From an uncultured Clostridium sp. (lineage in GTDB: Bacteria; Bacillota; Clostridia; TANB77; CAG-508): a stretch of DNA of 64,000 bases. Position 1 is the first letter of the stretch. Every line of letters starts with the position of its first letter. The notes below the pieces were generated by a model. It saw only the letters and a list, made by a program, of their open reading frames with translations. It was not told the origin of the DNA and made no database searches. Position numbers and translations under genes: made by a program. The stretch lies in the NCBI GenBank assembly GCA_946495655.1, contig CAMMDS010000004.1, forward strand, positions 3,365 through 67,364, read 5' to 3'. Of the stretch, positions 19,143 to 28,807 are shown in pieces.

Positions 19143-22100
19143 AATATTTGTATAATACCATCATTGAATTCTATCCTTGGATCTTCAAGAAAATCTTTCG
19201 GTATTTCTTTTTTTATTATATTTTTTCTTATCAGATATTCTTTTATTTTACTTACCCTAATATATTTACATTTCAACTCTTTTTCCATAATATTTAATAA
19301 CAAATCATTAAAATTTTCTATCTTACTTTCTTTTCTAACTATGATCGGCATGTAATATCTCCAATCTATTATATCTTTTTCTACTTCTTTGTAATATTTA
19401 TTTAATACTTTTTTTACAATAGAGTTTAAAGAATATTGATTCCATGTAAAATATTTAATTTGTGGTAAATTATTCATTTTTGTTTCTAAATCTTTTAACA
19501 CTAAATATTCTTTACCTATAATTTGTTCGTCAACAAATTTTTTTATTTGATTTGTTTCATTTTCAGATAAATTAACATTTTTCATATTCATATATGTATC
19601 TATATCAATTTTAAATAATTCTTTTTGTAACTTTGATATTACAGTTGATGCTGTGCCTGCTTTAAAATTCATTTCTTGTGTAAATTCTACAATATCATTT
19701 CTTTCTATATATTTAAAGTCTTTGAAATAATCATTTATTACATAATCCAATTCAAATTTGTTATCATCAATTGTTTTATCTAAAATAAAATTATTTTTAA
19801 AATTATATTGTGATTCTAATTTTATTTTTAAAAGATTATATAATGATTCAACATCATTTATTTTGTTTTCTATTAAATCCAATTCTATTTCTTTGTATAT
19901 AGTATAAACAGGTACATATTTTCTTTTTTTCATTTCTTTTTCTATTGCTTCTGTAATAATAGATTTCATTTCATCTGTGAATCTAATTAGATCAATATGA
20001 TTAATTTTTTTATGTTTATCCCAATATATTAATTTTTCAGAAATTGCAATAACGTTACTTAATCTATCTTCATTTAAATCAAATTTATATTTTATTTCAT
20101 CTACTATAACCGCTTCTCCTTTATTTAATATATATTCTTCTATTTTTTCAGGTTTAGTTAAATTATTATAATCATTGCTTAATTTTGAAATATTTAATCT
20201 TCTAAATGAAAATTCATCATCATATAAATATCTTAATATTCCATATAAAAATATTTCGTTATTTATTGAAGTTTTTTCTAATAAATCTTTTTTGAACATA
20301 TTAAATATAGTATGTGGAGAAACATTTTCTTTTGTTTTTAAGATTTTTATTAATTCTTTTCTTATTTGATTAATTAAATGTTTATCTACTTTTACATTGT
20401 CGAAATGTATATATTTGTTATTATCGCATATAATTATATTTCTTTCTCTTGATAAAGATGATTTTATTGCATGTGCTTCTTGACTATATTCTATTTCATT
20501 TCCAAATATTTCTCTTATTTTTTCTTTTAATTTTTCTATTCCATCATCATCTAATTTTATTCCATCTTTAAAATAATTTTTTACTATATACTGAAACAAA
20601 AATGTATTACTATTTTTTTTACAATAAATGTTATTAATTACATGGTAACCTCTTCTTTCTAAATAACTTTCAAAATATTCTATTGGTAAATAATCTATCT
20701 GTTCTTCTTCTAAAACATTTTCAATTTTATCGATTTCTTCATAGTAGTAAAAAACATCTCCTAGTTCCTTTACAATATTATCATATATATTTTGTATGTT
20801 TTTTGAATTTGATTTTGTAAAAATGTTTAAATCTTGTATGTACTGAATATCTTTTATGTTACTATTTATAAGAAGATATTTTATTACTTTTACATCATTT
20901 AAAGGATATATTTTTTCTAGATCTTCTTGTGTTAAAAACTGTTTTTCATTAATATAATTTTTTATTATCTTAAATATTGTTTTTATATATTTTTGAAGTT
21001 CTGCTTCTACACTATTAATTCTTTGTCTCACTCTTTCTTTAGTAATTCCCAATTCTTGGCCTATTTTTTCTAATGTATAATTATTGTTTATTCGTTTATA
21101 TAATAGATTAATAGAACTATTTTTTTCCTTTATGTCATCTAAATCTTTATACAAAAATAAAGTTAAATTATCATCTTTGTATTTTAAATCAATTTCATGT
21201 ATTAATTTAGAAAATTTTTCAATATCAAATTTCTCAAAAATATCTATAAAATTTATATCTTTTATTGATTGATAATTTTGTTTTAAACAATACACATATA
21301 TTTCTTCATCAATTTCTTTTATACTTGATAATAAATCATCTATTTCATGCTCTCCTATAGAAAAAATTTCATTTGTAAATTCCTTAACCCTACTAATTTC
21401 ACTGTTTTCATTTATTAATAAAAATAAATTTAAAGTTTCCAATTGATTAATTTTTGTTATATTTAATCTTTGTAATTTATTATAAATTTTTCCATATTTA
21501 TTATCGAGAAAAATATTTTCTAAATCGTCTTGTATTGAATATACATATTTTATTTTATTAACATATTTATAATTTATTAACTCAAGAATTTTCATACAGT
21601 CTGCTAAGTTCATTGGAGTAAAATTGTATTTAAAGAAATTCTTATAATCCCAATTGGTAAAATCTTCAAGTTTCGTTACTTTATTTCTTTCTATTTCTTG
21701 TAAAAATATATTTATTGTTTTACTTGATTTTGAGTTTTGATTAATTACATCTAATAAATTATTACATTTTGTTGTCTCTTCATTATCGATTTTAAGATTT
21801 AATAGATATTCTACGTCTTCCAATGTCATTTTATTATTCATAACTAATTTAATAAAATCAGTATGTTTTAATTTTATTACATGTTTTATTTTTTTTGAAT
21901 TACAATATTCTTTAAATTTGTAACTTAGATCTAATTTATTAATTTCTTCTGCTCCATTAAAACAAAAGTTATTATTACATGTTAAATCAATTTCATTTGT
22001 TTTTAACAATTTTATAAATTTTCCAATCCTTGTAATACCTACTCCTTTTATTAAAAGCAGTTCATTCTTATTCAAATTAGATAATTCTCTTTTATTATTT

Positions 22101-22675
22101 TTTATACCTCTTTCTTTTAAAAACTTAGAAATAAGCTTATCTTTTATTTCTATAATATCTTCATCTTCTATTGAATTTTCTTCATCATATTTTTCTTCAT
22201 TCTGGCAAAGAATCTGAAAGCCACATCTTTCAAGGTGGTTTGCAAGTAAATCCAAATCTATATTTGAATTAAAATATTGAAATCCTTCTAGAGGGATATA
22301 ATTAAAAAATAGATCAGAATCAATTTTAAATTTTTCTGTAAATTTGCCTAATAAAAACATTCCAAAATTGATCTTTTTATATTTTTCAGTATTTTTATTA
22401 GTATAAATATATCTATAGTTATTTTTATCAATACTAAATCTAGGCAAAATAGATTGCGGAGTGTTAGTTATAAATGTAAAACCTCTTAATACCAATTCAT
22501 CAATAAATTTAAGTATAAAATCATAATCTTTATTTGCTACATTCCTTATATCATCAATAGTTATATTATCCAAATTTTCTATATGATTATATTCCTTAAA
22601 TTTATTAATATAATAACTATTATTAAATTCATATTTTTCTGGTACATGTGGTAGTTTATATATTCCTTCGTCCAT
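19139..22675 (-). CDS. Large protein with alphaCTD/HhH-like repeats and a sigma-70 region-4 HTH
   Basis: LLLIKGVGITRIGK (HhH), repeated LxxxxI.xIxxL segments, YTLEKIGQELGITKERVRQRI; abuts the helicase gene. Confidence 0.6.
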   Translation of the reverse strand: MDEGIYKLPHVPEKYEFNNSYYINKFKEYNHIENLDNITIDDIRNVANKDYDFILKFIDELVLRGFTFITNTPQSILPRFSIDKNNYRYIYTNKNTEKYKKINFGMFLLGKFTEKFKIDSDLFFNYIPLEGFQYFNSNIDLDLLANHLERCGFQILCQNEEKYDEENSIEDEDIIEIKDKLISKFLKERGIKNNKRELSNLNKNELLLIKGVGITRIGKFIKLLKTNEIDLTCNNNFCFNGAEEINKLDLSYKFKEYCNSKKIKHVIKLKHTDFIKLVMNNKMTLEDVEYLLNLKIDNEETTKCNNLLDVINQNSKSSKTINIFLQEIERNKVTKLEDFTNWDYKNFFKYNFTPMNLADCMKILELINYKYVNKIKYVYSIQDDLENIFLDNKYGKIYNKLQRLNITKINQLETLNLFLLINENSEISRVKEFTNEIFSIGEHEIDDLLSSIKEIDEEIYVYCLKQNYQSIKDINFIDIFEKFDIEKFSKLIHEIDLKYKDDNLTLFLYKDLDDIKEKNSSINLLYKRINNNYTLEKIGQELGITKERVRQRINSVEAELQKYIKTIFKIIKNYINEKQFLTQEDLEKIYPLNDVKVIKYLLINSNIKDIQYIQDLNIFTKSNSKNIQNIYDNIVKELGDVFYYYEEIDKIENVLEEEQIDYLPIEYFESYLERRGYHVINNIYCKKNSNTFLFQYIVKNYFKDGIKLDDDGIEKLKEKIREIFGNEIEYSQEAHAIKSSLSRERNIIICDNNKYIHFDNVKVDKHLINQIRKELIKILKTKENVSPHTIFNMFKKDLLEKTSINNEIFLYGILRYLYDDEFSFRRLNISKLSNDYNNLTKPEKIEEYILNKGEAVIVDEIKYKFDLNEDRLSNVIAISEKLIYWDKHKKINHIDLIRFTDEMKSIITEAIEKEMKKRKYVPVYTIYKEIELDLIENKINDVESLYNLLKIKLESQYNFKNNFILDKTIDDNKFELDYVINDYFKDFKYIERNDIVEFTQEMNFKAGTASTVISKLQKELFKIDIDTYMNMKNVNLSENETNQIKKFVDEQIIGKEYLVLKDLETKMNNLPQIKYFTWNQYSLNSIVKKVLNKYYKEVEKDIIDWRYYMPIIVRKESKIENFNDLLLNIMEKELKCKYIRVSKIKEYLIRKNIIKKEIPKDFLEDPRIEFNDGIIQIL

Positions 22676-22721
22676 ATTTTTACCTTCTTATTTTATTACA
22701 CATTTACTTTTGGATATTATA

Positions 22722-23327
22722 TCATATATTTGCTTGTTTATCTATATTATTCCATCTTTTATTTACTATATTCCAATTGATTATATTCCAAAAAGCATTT
22801 ATATAGTCTGCTCTATTTGTTTTATATTGTAAATAATATGAGTGTTCCCACATATCTAAAACAAGAAGTGGTACACAGCCCCATAATGTTAAATTTTGAT
22901 GTTTCTCACATTGTAATATTTCTAATTTTTTAAATGCAGGTACCCATACAAGCAAATTCCATCCTGAGGCTTCAACAACTTTACTACTCTCTGTGAATTG
23001 CATTTTAAATTTATCAAAACTACTAAAATCAATATTAATTTGCTTCATCAAATCAACTCTTGGACTTGTGGGTATCGCAGGTCCCATACTAGTAAAAAAC
23101 AACTCATGTAATATTGCTCCAGATCCCAAAAAGCTTAAATCTTTTTCCAAGCATTTTATGTTTTTAAAATCATTTGTATCTCTTGCTTGTTTTAGTTTTT
23201 CTTCTGTTTTATTAGTATTATCAACATAACCAGAATAAAGAATATCATAATGAAGTACTAAAGTTTCTTTATTGTAATATGGTTCTAAAGCATCTACTGG
23301 ATAAGGTAAATCAATTTTGTTTATCAT
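22722..23327 (-). CDS. Fe/Mn superoxide dismutase
   Basis: LPYPVDALEPY, SGWNLL, DMWEHSYY. Confidence 0.9.
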   Translation of the reverse strand: MINKIDLPYPVDALEPYYNKETLVLHYDILYSGYVDNTNKTEEKLKQARDTNDFKNIKCLEKDLSFLGSGAILHELFFTSMGPAIPTSPRVDLMKQINIDFSSFDKFKMQFTESSKVVEASGWNLLVWVPAFKKLEILQCEKHQNLTLWGCVPLLVLDMWEHSYYLQYKTNRADYINAFWNIINWNIVNKRWNNIDKQANI

Positions 23328-23354
23328 TTCTTTCTCCTTAATATTTATATAAAA

Positions 23355-23813
23355 TTATCTATTTAATAAATATATTCCAACATTTAAGTATGTTGCAAAA
23401 ATTGTCCATATTAGATATGGTATTTGTAAATAAGCCGACAATTTATTTTCTTTATAAAATTCCATTATCATTTTAATAATTAATATTACTAATAATATTA
23501 TCCATATACATGAGAATAATCTCCATTTAAATACAAAAAATAATATTGGCCAGATTAAATTTACTATTAATTGTAAGTAATATGTTTTATTGATTTTTTC
23601 ATTAATTAATCCTTTTGTATCTAATATTCCATAAGATATTCCCATTAAAATATATAGTATCGTCCAAACTATACCAAATATAAATCCTGGTGGTGATAGT
23701 GGTGGTTTATTTAAAGTGTTGTAATCCATAAACTGAGATACTATTAATCCTACAAGACCTCCTAAAATAACTGGTATTAAAATTGCTTTAATCCAAACTT
23801 TTTTGTTTTTCAA
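23355..23813 (-). CDS. tspO: TspO/MBR family membrane protein
   Basis: LNKPPLSPPGFIFGIVWTILY, PYLIW..FATYLN. Confidence 0.9.
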   Translation of the reverse strand: MKNKKVWIKAILIPVILGGLVGLIVSQFMDYNTLNKPPLSPPGFIFGIVWTILYILMGISYGILDTKGLINEKINKTYYLQLIVNLIWPILFFVFKWRLFSCIWIILLVILIIKMIMEFYKENKLSAYLQIPYLIWTIFATYLNVGIYLLNR

Positions 23814-23903
23814 AATAACCTCCTAAACAATAAAAAACTGAATATAATATAATAAATTTCTTTATCATATTATATTCAGTTTAATTTGCTTTATTCGTTT
23901 AAG

Positions 23904-24698
23904 TTATACTCCTACACTCATTGTCTCTGGTAGTGTAGATCCACCGTCAATGACATAGCTTTGACCTGTTAAATAAGAAGCTTCATTACTTGCTAAAAAT
24001 GCTGCAAGTTCTCCAAGTTCTTCTATTGTACCTAATCTTTTCATTGGAATACCTTTAGCAATTCCTTCAACTACCGAATCCGGATTATTACTATCAGAAT
24101 CTTTTGCAATTCCTTCTACCATAGGTGTCATTATATATCCTGGAAGTATCGCATTTACACGTATTCCTTTTTCAACCACTTCTGCTGCTAATCCTTTTGT
24201 AAATCCAAGTAAAGCTGCCTTTGTTGTAGCATATGCTACCTCTCCTGTATCTGCAACCATTGTACCTGTTACAGAAGACATGTTAACAATTGCTCCACCT
24301 TGTCCCATATGAGGTAGTACAGCTTTTGACATATTCCATGCTCCCTTAATATTAATATCAAAATGAAAATCTCTTATTTCGTCTGTTGTTTCTAAGAAAG
24401 GAGTTAGTTTTGCAACACCTGCATTATTTACTAATATATCAACATGTCCATGTTTTTCTATTACTTTATCTACCGCTTCTTTTATTTTTTCATTATCACG
24501 AATGTCTACTTTATACCCGTCTACTTCATATCCTTCTTTTTTTAAATTTTCTACTGTTTCAAATAATTTCTCTGAATAATCAAATATTGATATTTTAGCA
24601 CCATATTTTAAGAATACTTTAACAATTCCTAATCCATTTCCCATAGCTCCTCCTGTAACTATGGCCACTTTATTTTCTAATTTCATACATTCCTCCAT
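23904..24698 (-). CDS. SDR oxidoreductase (UcpA-like)
   Basis: TGGAMGNG, NNAG, YATTK, C-terminal GGSTLPETMSVGV. Confidence 0.85.
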   Translation of the reverse strand: MEECMKLENKVAIVTGGAMGNGLGIVKVFLKYGAKISIFDYSEKLFETVENLKKEGYEVDGYKVDIRDNEKIKEAVDKVIEKHGHVDILVNNAGVAKLTPFLETTDEIRDFHFDINIKGAWNMSKAVLPHMGQGGAIVNMSSVTGTMVADTGEVAYATTKAALLGFTKGLAAEVVEKGIRVNAILPGYIMTPMVEGIAKDSDSNNPDSVVEGIAKGIPMKRLGTIEELGELAAFLASNEASYLTGQSYVIDGGSTLPETMSVGV

Positions 24699-24771
24699 TC
24701 TGGCAATCTCGCCAAGTAATTAATATTTTCTATTATGTACTTTTTTGAATTATATATTTATTTTTTGCAAA

Positions 24772-24803
24772 AGTAAAGACCTATATTTTCTATAGGTCTT
24801 ACT
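24772..24803 (-). terminator. Hairpin just downstream of the frame-corrected DUF2207 stop
   Basis: AGTAAAGACCTATA-TTTTC-TATAGGTCTTACT. Confidence 0.6.
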
Positions 24804-24813
24804 ATCTGCGGTG

Positions 24814-26681
24814 TTATCTTCCTCCACCGCCACCTCCGGCCACCGGCCTCCGCCGCCTCCGCCAGAGAAACCTCCGCCTCCACCAGTTGATGATGAGTAA
24901 GCAGATGAAATCGATGAGTTAATTGCACTACTGAAACTTGATGAAAAATTACTATGATACATAAAATACATGTATGTTGATGTATTCAAAGTATCTAAAG
25001 AATCTATATTTGGATAAACTGTTTTTAATTGTTTTAATACTTTATCTGCAATTCCAAATGCAGTAGCATAAACCAAATAATGCTCCCATACCTCTATAGC
25101 TGGAACTTCTTTCTCATTTAATAATGAGAAATCTTCCATATATTTTTTTAACCCTTTCCATTTTTCCTTAGCATTTACTCCTTTTTGTGTTAATACATTA
25201 CTCTTTTTCTTTATTCTAGAACATAATATTCCGTTTATTAGAAATATTATTGATAGTGGAAATGCCCAAAATAGTGTTATTATTACAAATACATAATATA
25301 CTCCTGCGAGTCCATTGTAATTCACATAATCCTCTTTTATTTCTTTACTTATCATTTCCTCTTCTGCTAATTGCTTTTCTATTAATTTTCCGTTTCTTTC
25401 TATTAAACTTGCTACACTTGATGAATGTGAAGTAATATATTTTTCTAACTCTTTTATCTCTATTTCTTTTTTTGATTTGTATATTTTTGATATAAAGTTT
25501 AGTATTGCTTTTTCATCACTTTTTAATGAATTATCCGCTTCTTTTAATTTCTTTATATAAATCTTCTCTTTGTTTTTCTCATCTTTTTCTACTCTTAAGT
25601 CTAGATATTTTTTTAATTTTAAATCAAGAATAGTTGCAGAAAATATTTTCCCAAAACGATTTGATATTCCAGTATATGTTTCTTCTAAAATATATACTGC
25701 TTCACCTGGTGTCGTTTTTTCGTCTGGAAGTTCTCTAAAATAATCTAATTTTTGCTCTGGTTTATATTTTTGCATTCCATTTAATTTTTTGCCATATTTC
25801 ACTGCTTTTTCTATAAAAATTATACATAATGCTAATACAACAAAAATCATAAAGACAACTATGACGTCATCTTGAATTTCTTCCCATTGTCTTCTTAAGT
25901 TAGCCTGTTTAGCCCATTTTGATTCTTCTTTTATAACTTCATCATATCTATCTTCATCATAGATTCTACCAGAAGTTGTTATCATATTTGTAGGAAATAA
26001 TGTCCTTACTTCAACATACACACCTGCATCAAAATCATCTATTTTAAATTTTATTGTATTTTCATCTGTAACATATATTTCTCCATTCAACCCTTCTGTA
26101 TGTCCCCATACTTTTATATCGTCAATATTATTTGCATCTTCCGGAAGAATTATTGTCCCAGTGATTTTATCAGCATCAATCTCAAAATTTTCTCCTACAA
26201 ATTGCCAATAAAGCTCAGCATAATCGTTATATTTTCCTATTGCATCTTTTACCGTATAAGAAATCTCATATGTTTTTGTATCATAGCTATTATCCAATCC
26301 TACTCCCCATGCAATCTCAAAATCACCTTTAGAATTTTTTAGCGCATAATAGCAGTTTTTTGTAACATGATACATTTCTTCATCTATTTGTGTAAATTCT
26401 TTATTTAATGTAACATCTTTAACTTTTACATTTTCTATACTAGAATACTTGTCTTTATCTGTTTTAAAAGTTTTATATAATGTATTAGTGTTTCTTATAT
26501 CTATATTCCAAGTTTCTGTTACATCCATACTTCCATCAGAATTAATAGTAACAGAAAAATCAAGTTTATTTAGATATAGACTACCATCATCTGCTGCTTT
26601 AGCATTGTTGTTAATAAAAATTACATTAAACATGAAAATAAACATAAATATAACAAATAGTTTTTTCAAATTTCTAAGCAT
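24814..26681 (-). CDS. DUF2207 membrane protein with a Gly-rich tail; two apparent +1 shifts at CGG codons (zero frame runs on to 24750)
   Basis: INSDGSMDVTE, ELYWQFVG, VWEHYLVYATAFG; tail GGA GGC C GGT GGC C GGA GGT GGC GGT GGA GGA AGA TAA. Confidence 0.85.
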
Positions 26682-26914
26682 ATTCTATCTCCTTTATTTT
26701 ATATATTTATATAATAGCATTAATCAAATTATTCTTCAATCTATTTAAATTACTACTATTTTCTTTTTTCTACTTTAATTAAAAATCATTTACATTATAT
26801 CATAAATTATTGGAATATTTTAGTTTTTTTCTGCATATAATTATATAAAGTATTAATTAAGCATAATGTAATGAAAATATTTTTATAAATTACATAAAAA
26901 ATACCGCTTATGTA

Positions 26915-26944
26915 TTGACAATATATTATTTTAAGTAGTATAAT
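26915..26944 (+). promoter_or_regulatory. SigA promoter of the tRNA
   Basis: TTGACA-18 bp-TATAAT. Confidence 0.75.
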
Positions 26945-26960
26945 TAATATGTTAACATAT

Positions 26961-27036
<76 letters not shown>

Positions 27037-27044
27037 AAGTATAT

Positions 27045-27078
27045 ATCACTAGAACTGTAACGGTTTTAGTGATTTTTT
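27045..27078 (+). terminator. tRNA terminator carried by the element
   Basis: ATCACTAGAACTG-TAA-CGGTTTTAGTGAT-TTTTT. Confidence 0.75.
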
Positions 27079-27130
27079 ATTGCCTTAAACTTAGTTGCAA
27101 TAATGCTTAAAAATGGCATTATTATGTCAA

Positions 27131-27153
27131 ATTGGGTAAAAATTGGGTAAAAT
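27131..27153 (+). repeat. Putative integrase arm-type sites (left)
   Basis: ATTGGGTAAAAATTGGGTAAAAT, tandem 11-mer, identical copy at 48111. Confidence 0.7.
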
Positions 27154-27332
27154 AACCACCTCAAACGCCCGAAATTCTAATAAAAATTCAATAAAAAATT
27201 TGCTATAAATTTATAATTTTTATAAAAATCTTCAAGTAAAAAACTTTTGGGAAAGAGATATAAAATCTCAAAGTTTTTTACTTTTTAATATCGTGAAAAT
27301 TTGTAATTTGTGAAAATTAGAAAAAAGTGAAA

Positions 27333-28526
27333 TTAAGACCTTGTTGGTAATAGTAAGTTTTCTAGTGCATATCCAGCTTTTCTATTATGAGAAAGTAGTG
27401 GATGTACATAAAAGTCAAGTGTTGTACTTATTTGTGCATGACCTAGTCTTGCAGAAACAACAGCTATATCAACATTTTGTGCAACTAGTAAACTTGCATT
27501 TGTATGTCTTAATCCGTGAAAATTAATTACAGGTAATCCTATTGTACCTACATATTTAACAAACCATTTGCTTATAGAAGAAGGATGCATAGGTTTGCCA
27601 TCAGCTTGTACAAATAACCTATCAGAATTCGTCCATAATTCGCCATATAGCGATTTTTGATCTTCATACCATAACTTATATTCCTCAAGCAAAGAAATGA
27701 TAAATTCGGGTATTGCAATCTCTCTAATGGAGCTTTCTGTTTTAGGAACTTTTGTAAATACTCCCATATCTGATAGATACTGACTAGAACGGTTAATACT
27801 TATAATTCCATTTCTAAAATCAACATCTTGCCATTCTAATCCCATTAATTCACCTAAACGAACACCAGTAAAGATAGTAAGAATGATAGCAACTTTATAT
27901 TTAGTATCTTCTACAGAAAGTTTTTCTAAATTTTCTAATAATATTTTAGTTTGCTCATCATCATAAGATCTTCTTTTAGGCTTTTTAGCTCTAGGTGGTT
28001 GAACACGTTCAGCAGGATTACTTACAATTAATTGCCAGTAAACAGCTCTATGAAGCATTGCTCTTAATAGTCTGTGATGTTCTAAAATGGTTTTACCAGA
28101 TAAAGGCTTTTTAGTTTTTGTGCCATTGTTACCTTTTTTTCTAACTAATTGAGTATCTTTTTCAAGTAAGTCATAGAATTTCATAATGTCAGTTGGTCTG
28201 ATTTTGTTTATATAAAAATGTCCAAAGTATGGTAGAATTCTTGTTTCTAACATTCTACAATATCGTTTGTATGTAGTTGGAGCTAATTCTTTTGAACCAT
28301 AATCTCTTTTCCATACATCAACAAATTCAGAAAATTTAAGAGATTTACCATCTATGACTAAACCATTTTGTACTTCAGTAACAAATTTTGCTAATTCAAC
28401 TTCAGCTTCTTTTTTAGTTCCGTGAATAGTTTTTCTGTGTATCATTGGTTTTCCGTTTAAGTCAAATCCTTCTGATACTGTTAACCTGTAACTATTTTTT
28501 CCTCTTTTTTCTATACTCCCAGCCAT
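27333..28526 (-). CDS. int: Tyrosine recombinase / integrase (ICEBs1/Tn916-like)
   Basis: N-terminal arm-binding domain, TGVRLGE, HGLRHT, RLGHA, Y. Confidence 0.95.
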   Translation of the reverse strand: MAGSIEKRGKNSYRLTVSEGFDLNGKPMIHRKTIHGTKKEAEVELAKFVTEVQNGLVIDGKSLKFSEFVDVWKRDYGSKELAPTTYKRYCRMLETRILPYFGHFYINKIRPTDIMKFYDLLEKDTQLVRKKGNNGTKTKKPLSGKTILEHHRLLRAMLHRAVYWQLIVSNPAERVQPPRAKKPKRRSYDDEQTKILLENLEKLSVEDTKYKVAIILTIFTGVRLGELMGLEWQDVDFRNGIISINRSSQYLSDMGVFTKVPKTESSIREIAIPEFIISLLEEYKLWYEDQKSLYGELWTNSDRLFVQADGKPMHPSSISKWFVKYVGTIGLPVINFHGLRHTNASLLVAQNVDIAVVSARLGHAQISTTLDFYVHPLLSHNRKAGYALENLLLPTRS

Positions 28527-28752
28527 TACTTATTTCACCTCCTTTCAAGTATAACTATGGAAGGGAGAGTATTTATGTGTATTATATAGTATTTTTTGAT
28601 AAATTACCAGCTATTTTTGTTTATTTTTAGATACTTTCAAAGATTACAATAAAATTCATAAAAGAAAATATAAAAACATAAAAATACTGGATGAAATGTA
28701 ATACGATTTGATTTACAAAATTTTACAATAGATGCAATATTTTACTAAATCC

Positions 28753-28781
28753 TTGAGAAAAATGGAAAATTTTGATATAAT
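28753..28781 (+). promoter_or_regulatory. Extended -10 SigA promoter of the Ppl-like gene
   Basis: TTGAGA-17 bp-TATAAT with a TGn extension. Confidence 0.65.
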
Positions 28782-28807
28782 TCATAAAAAATAAAGGAGA
28801 ACTTAAA

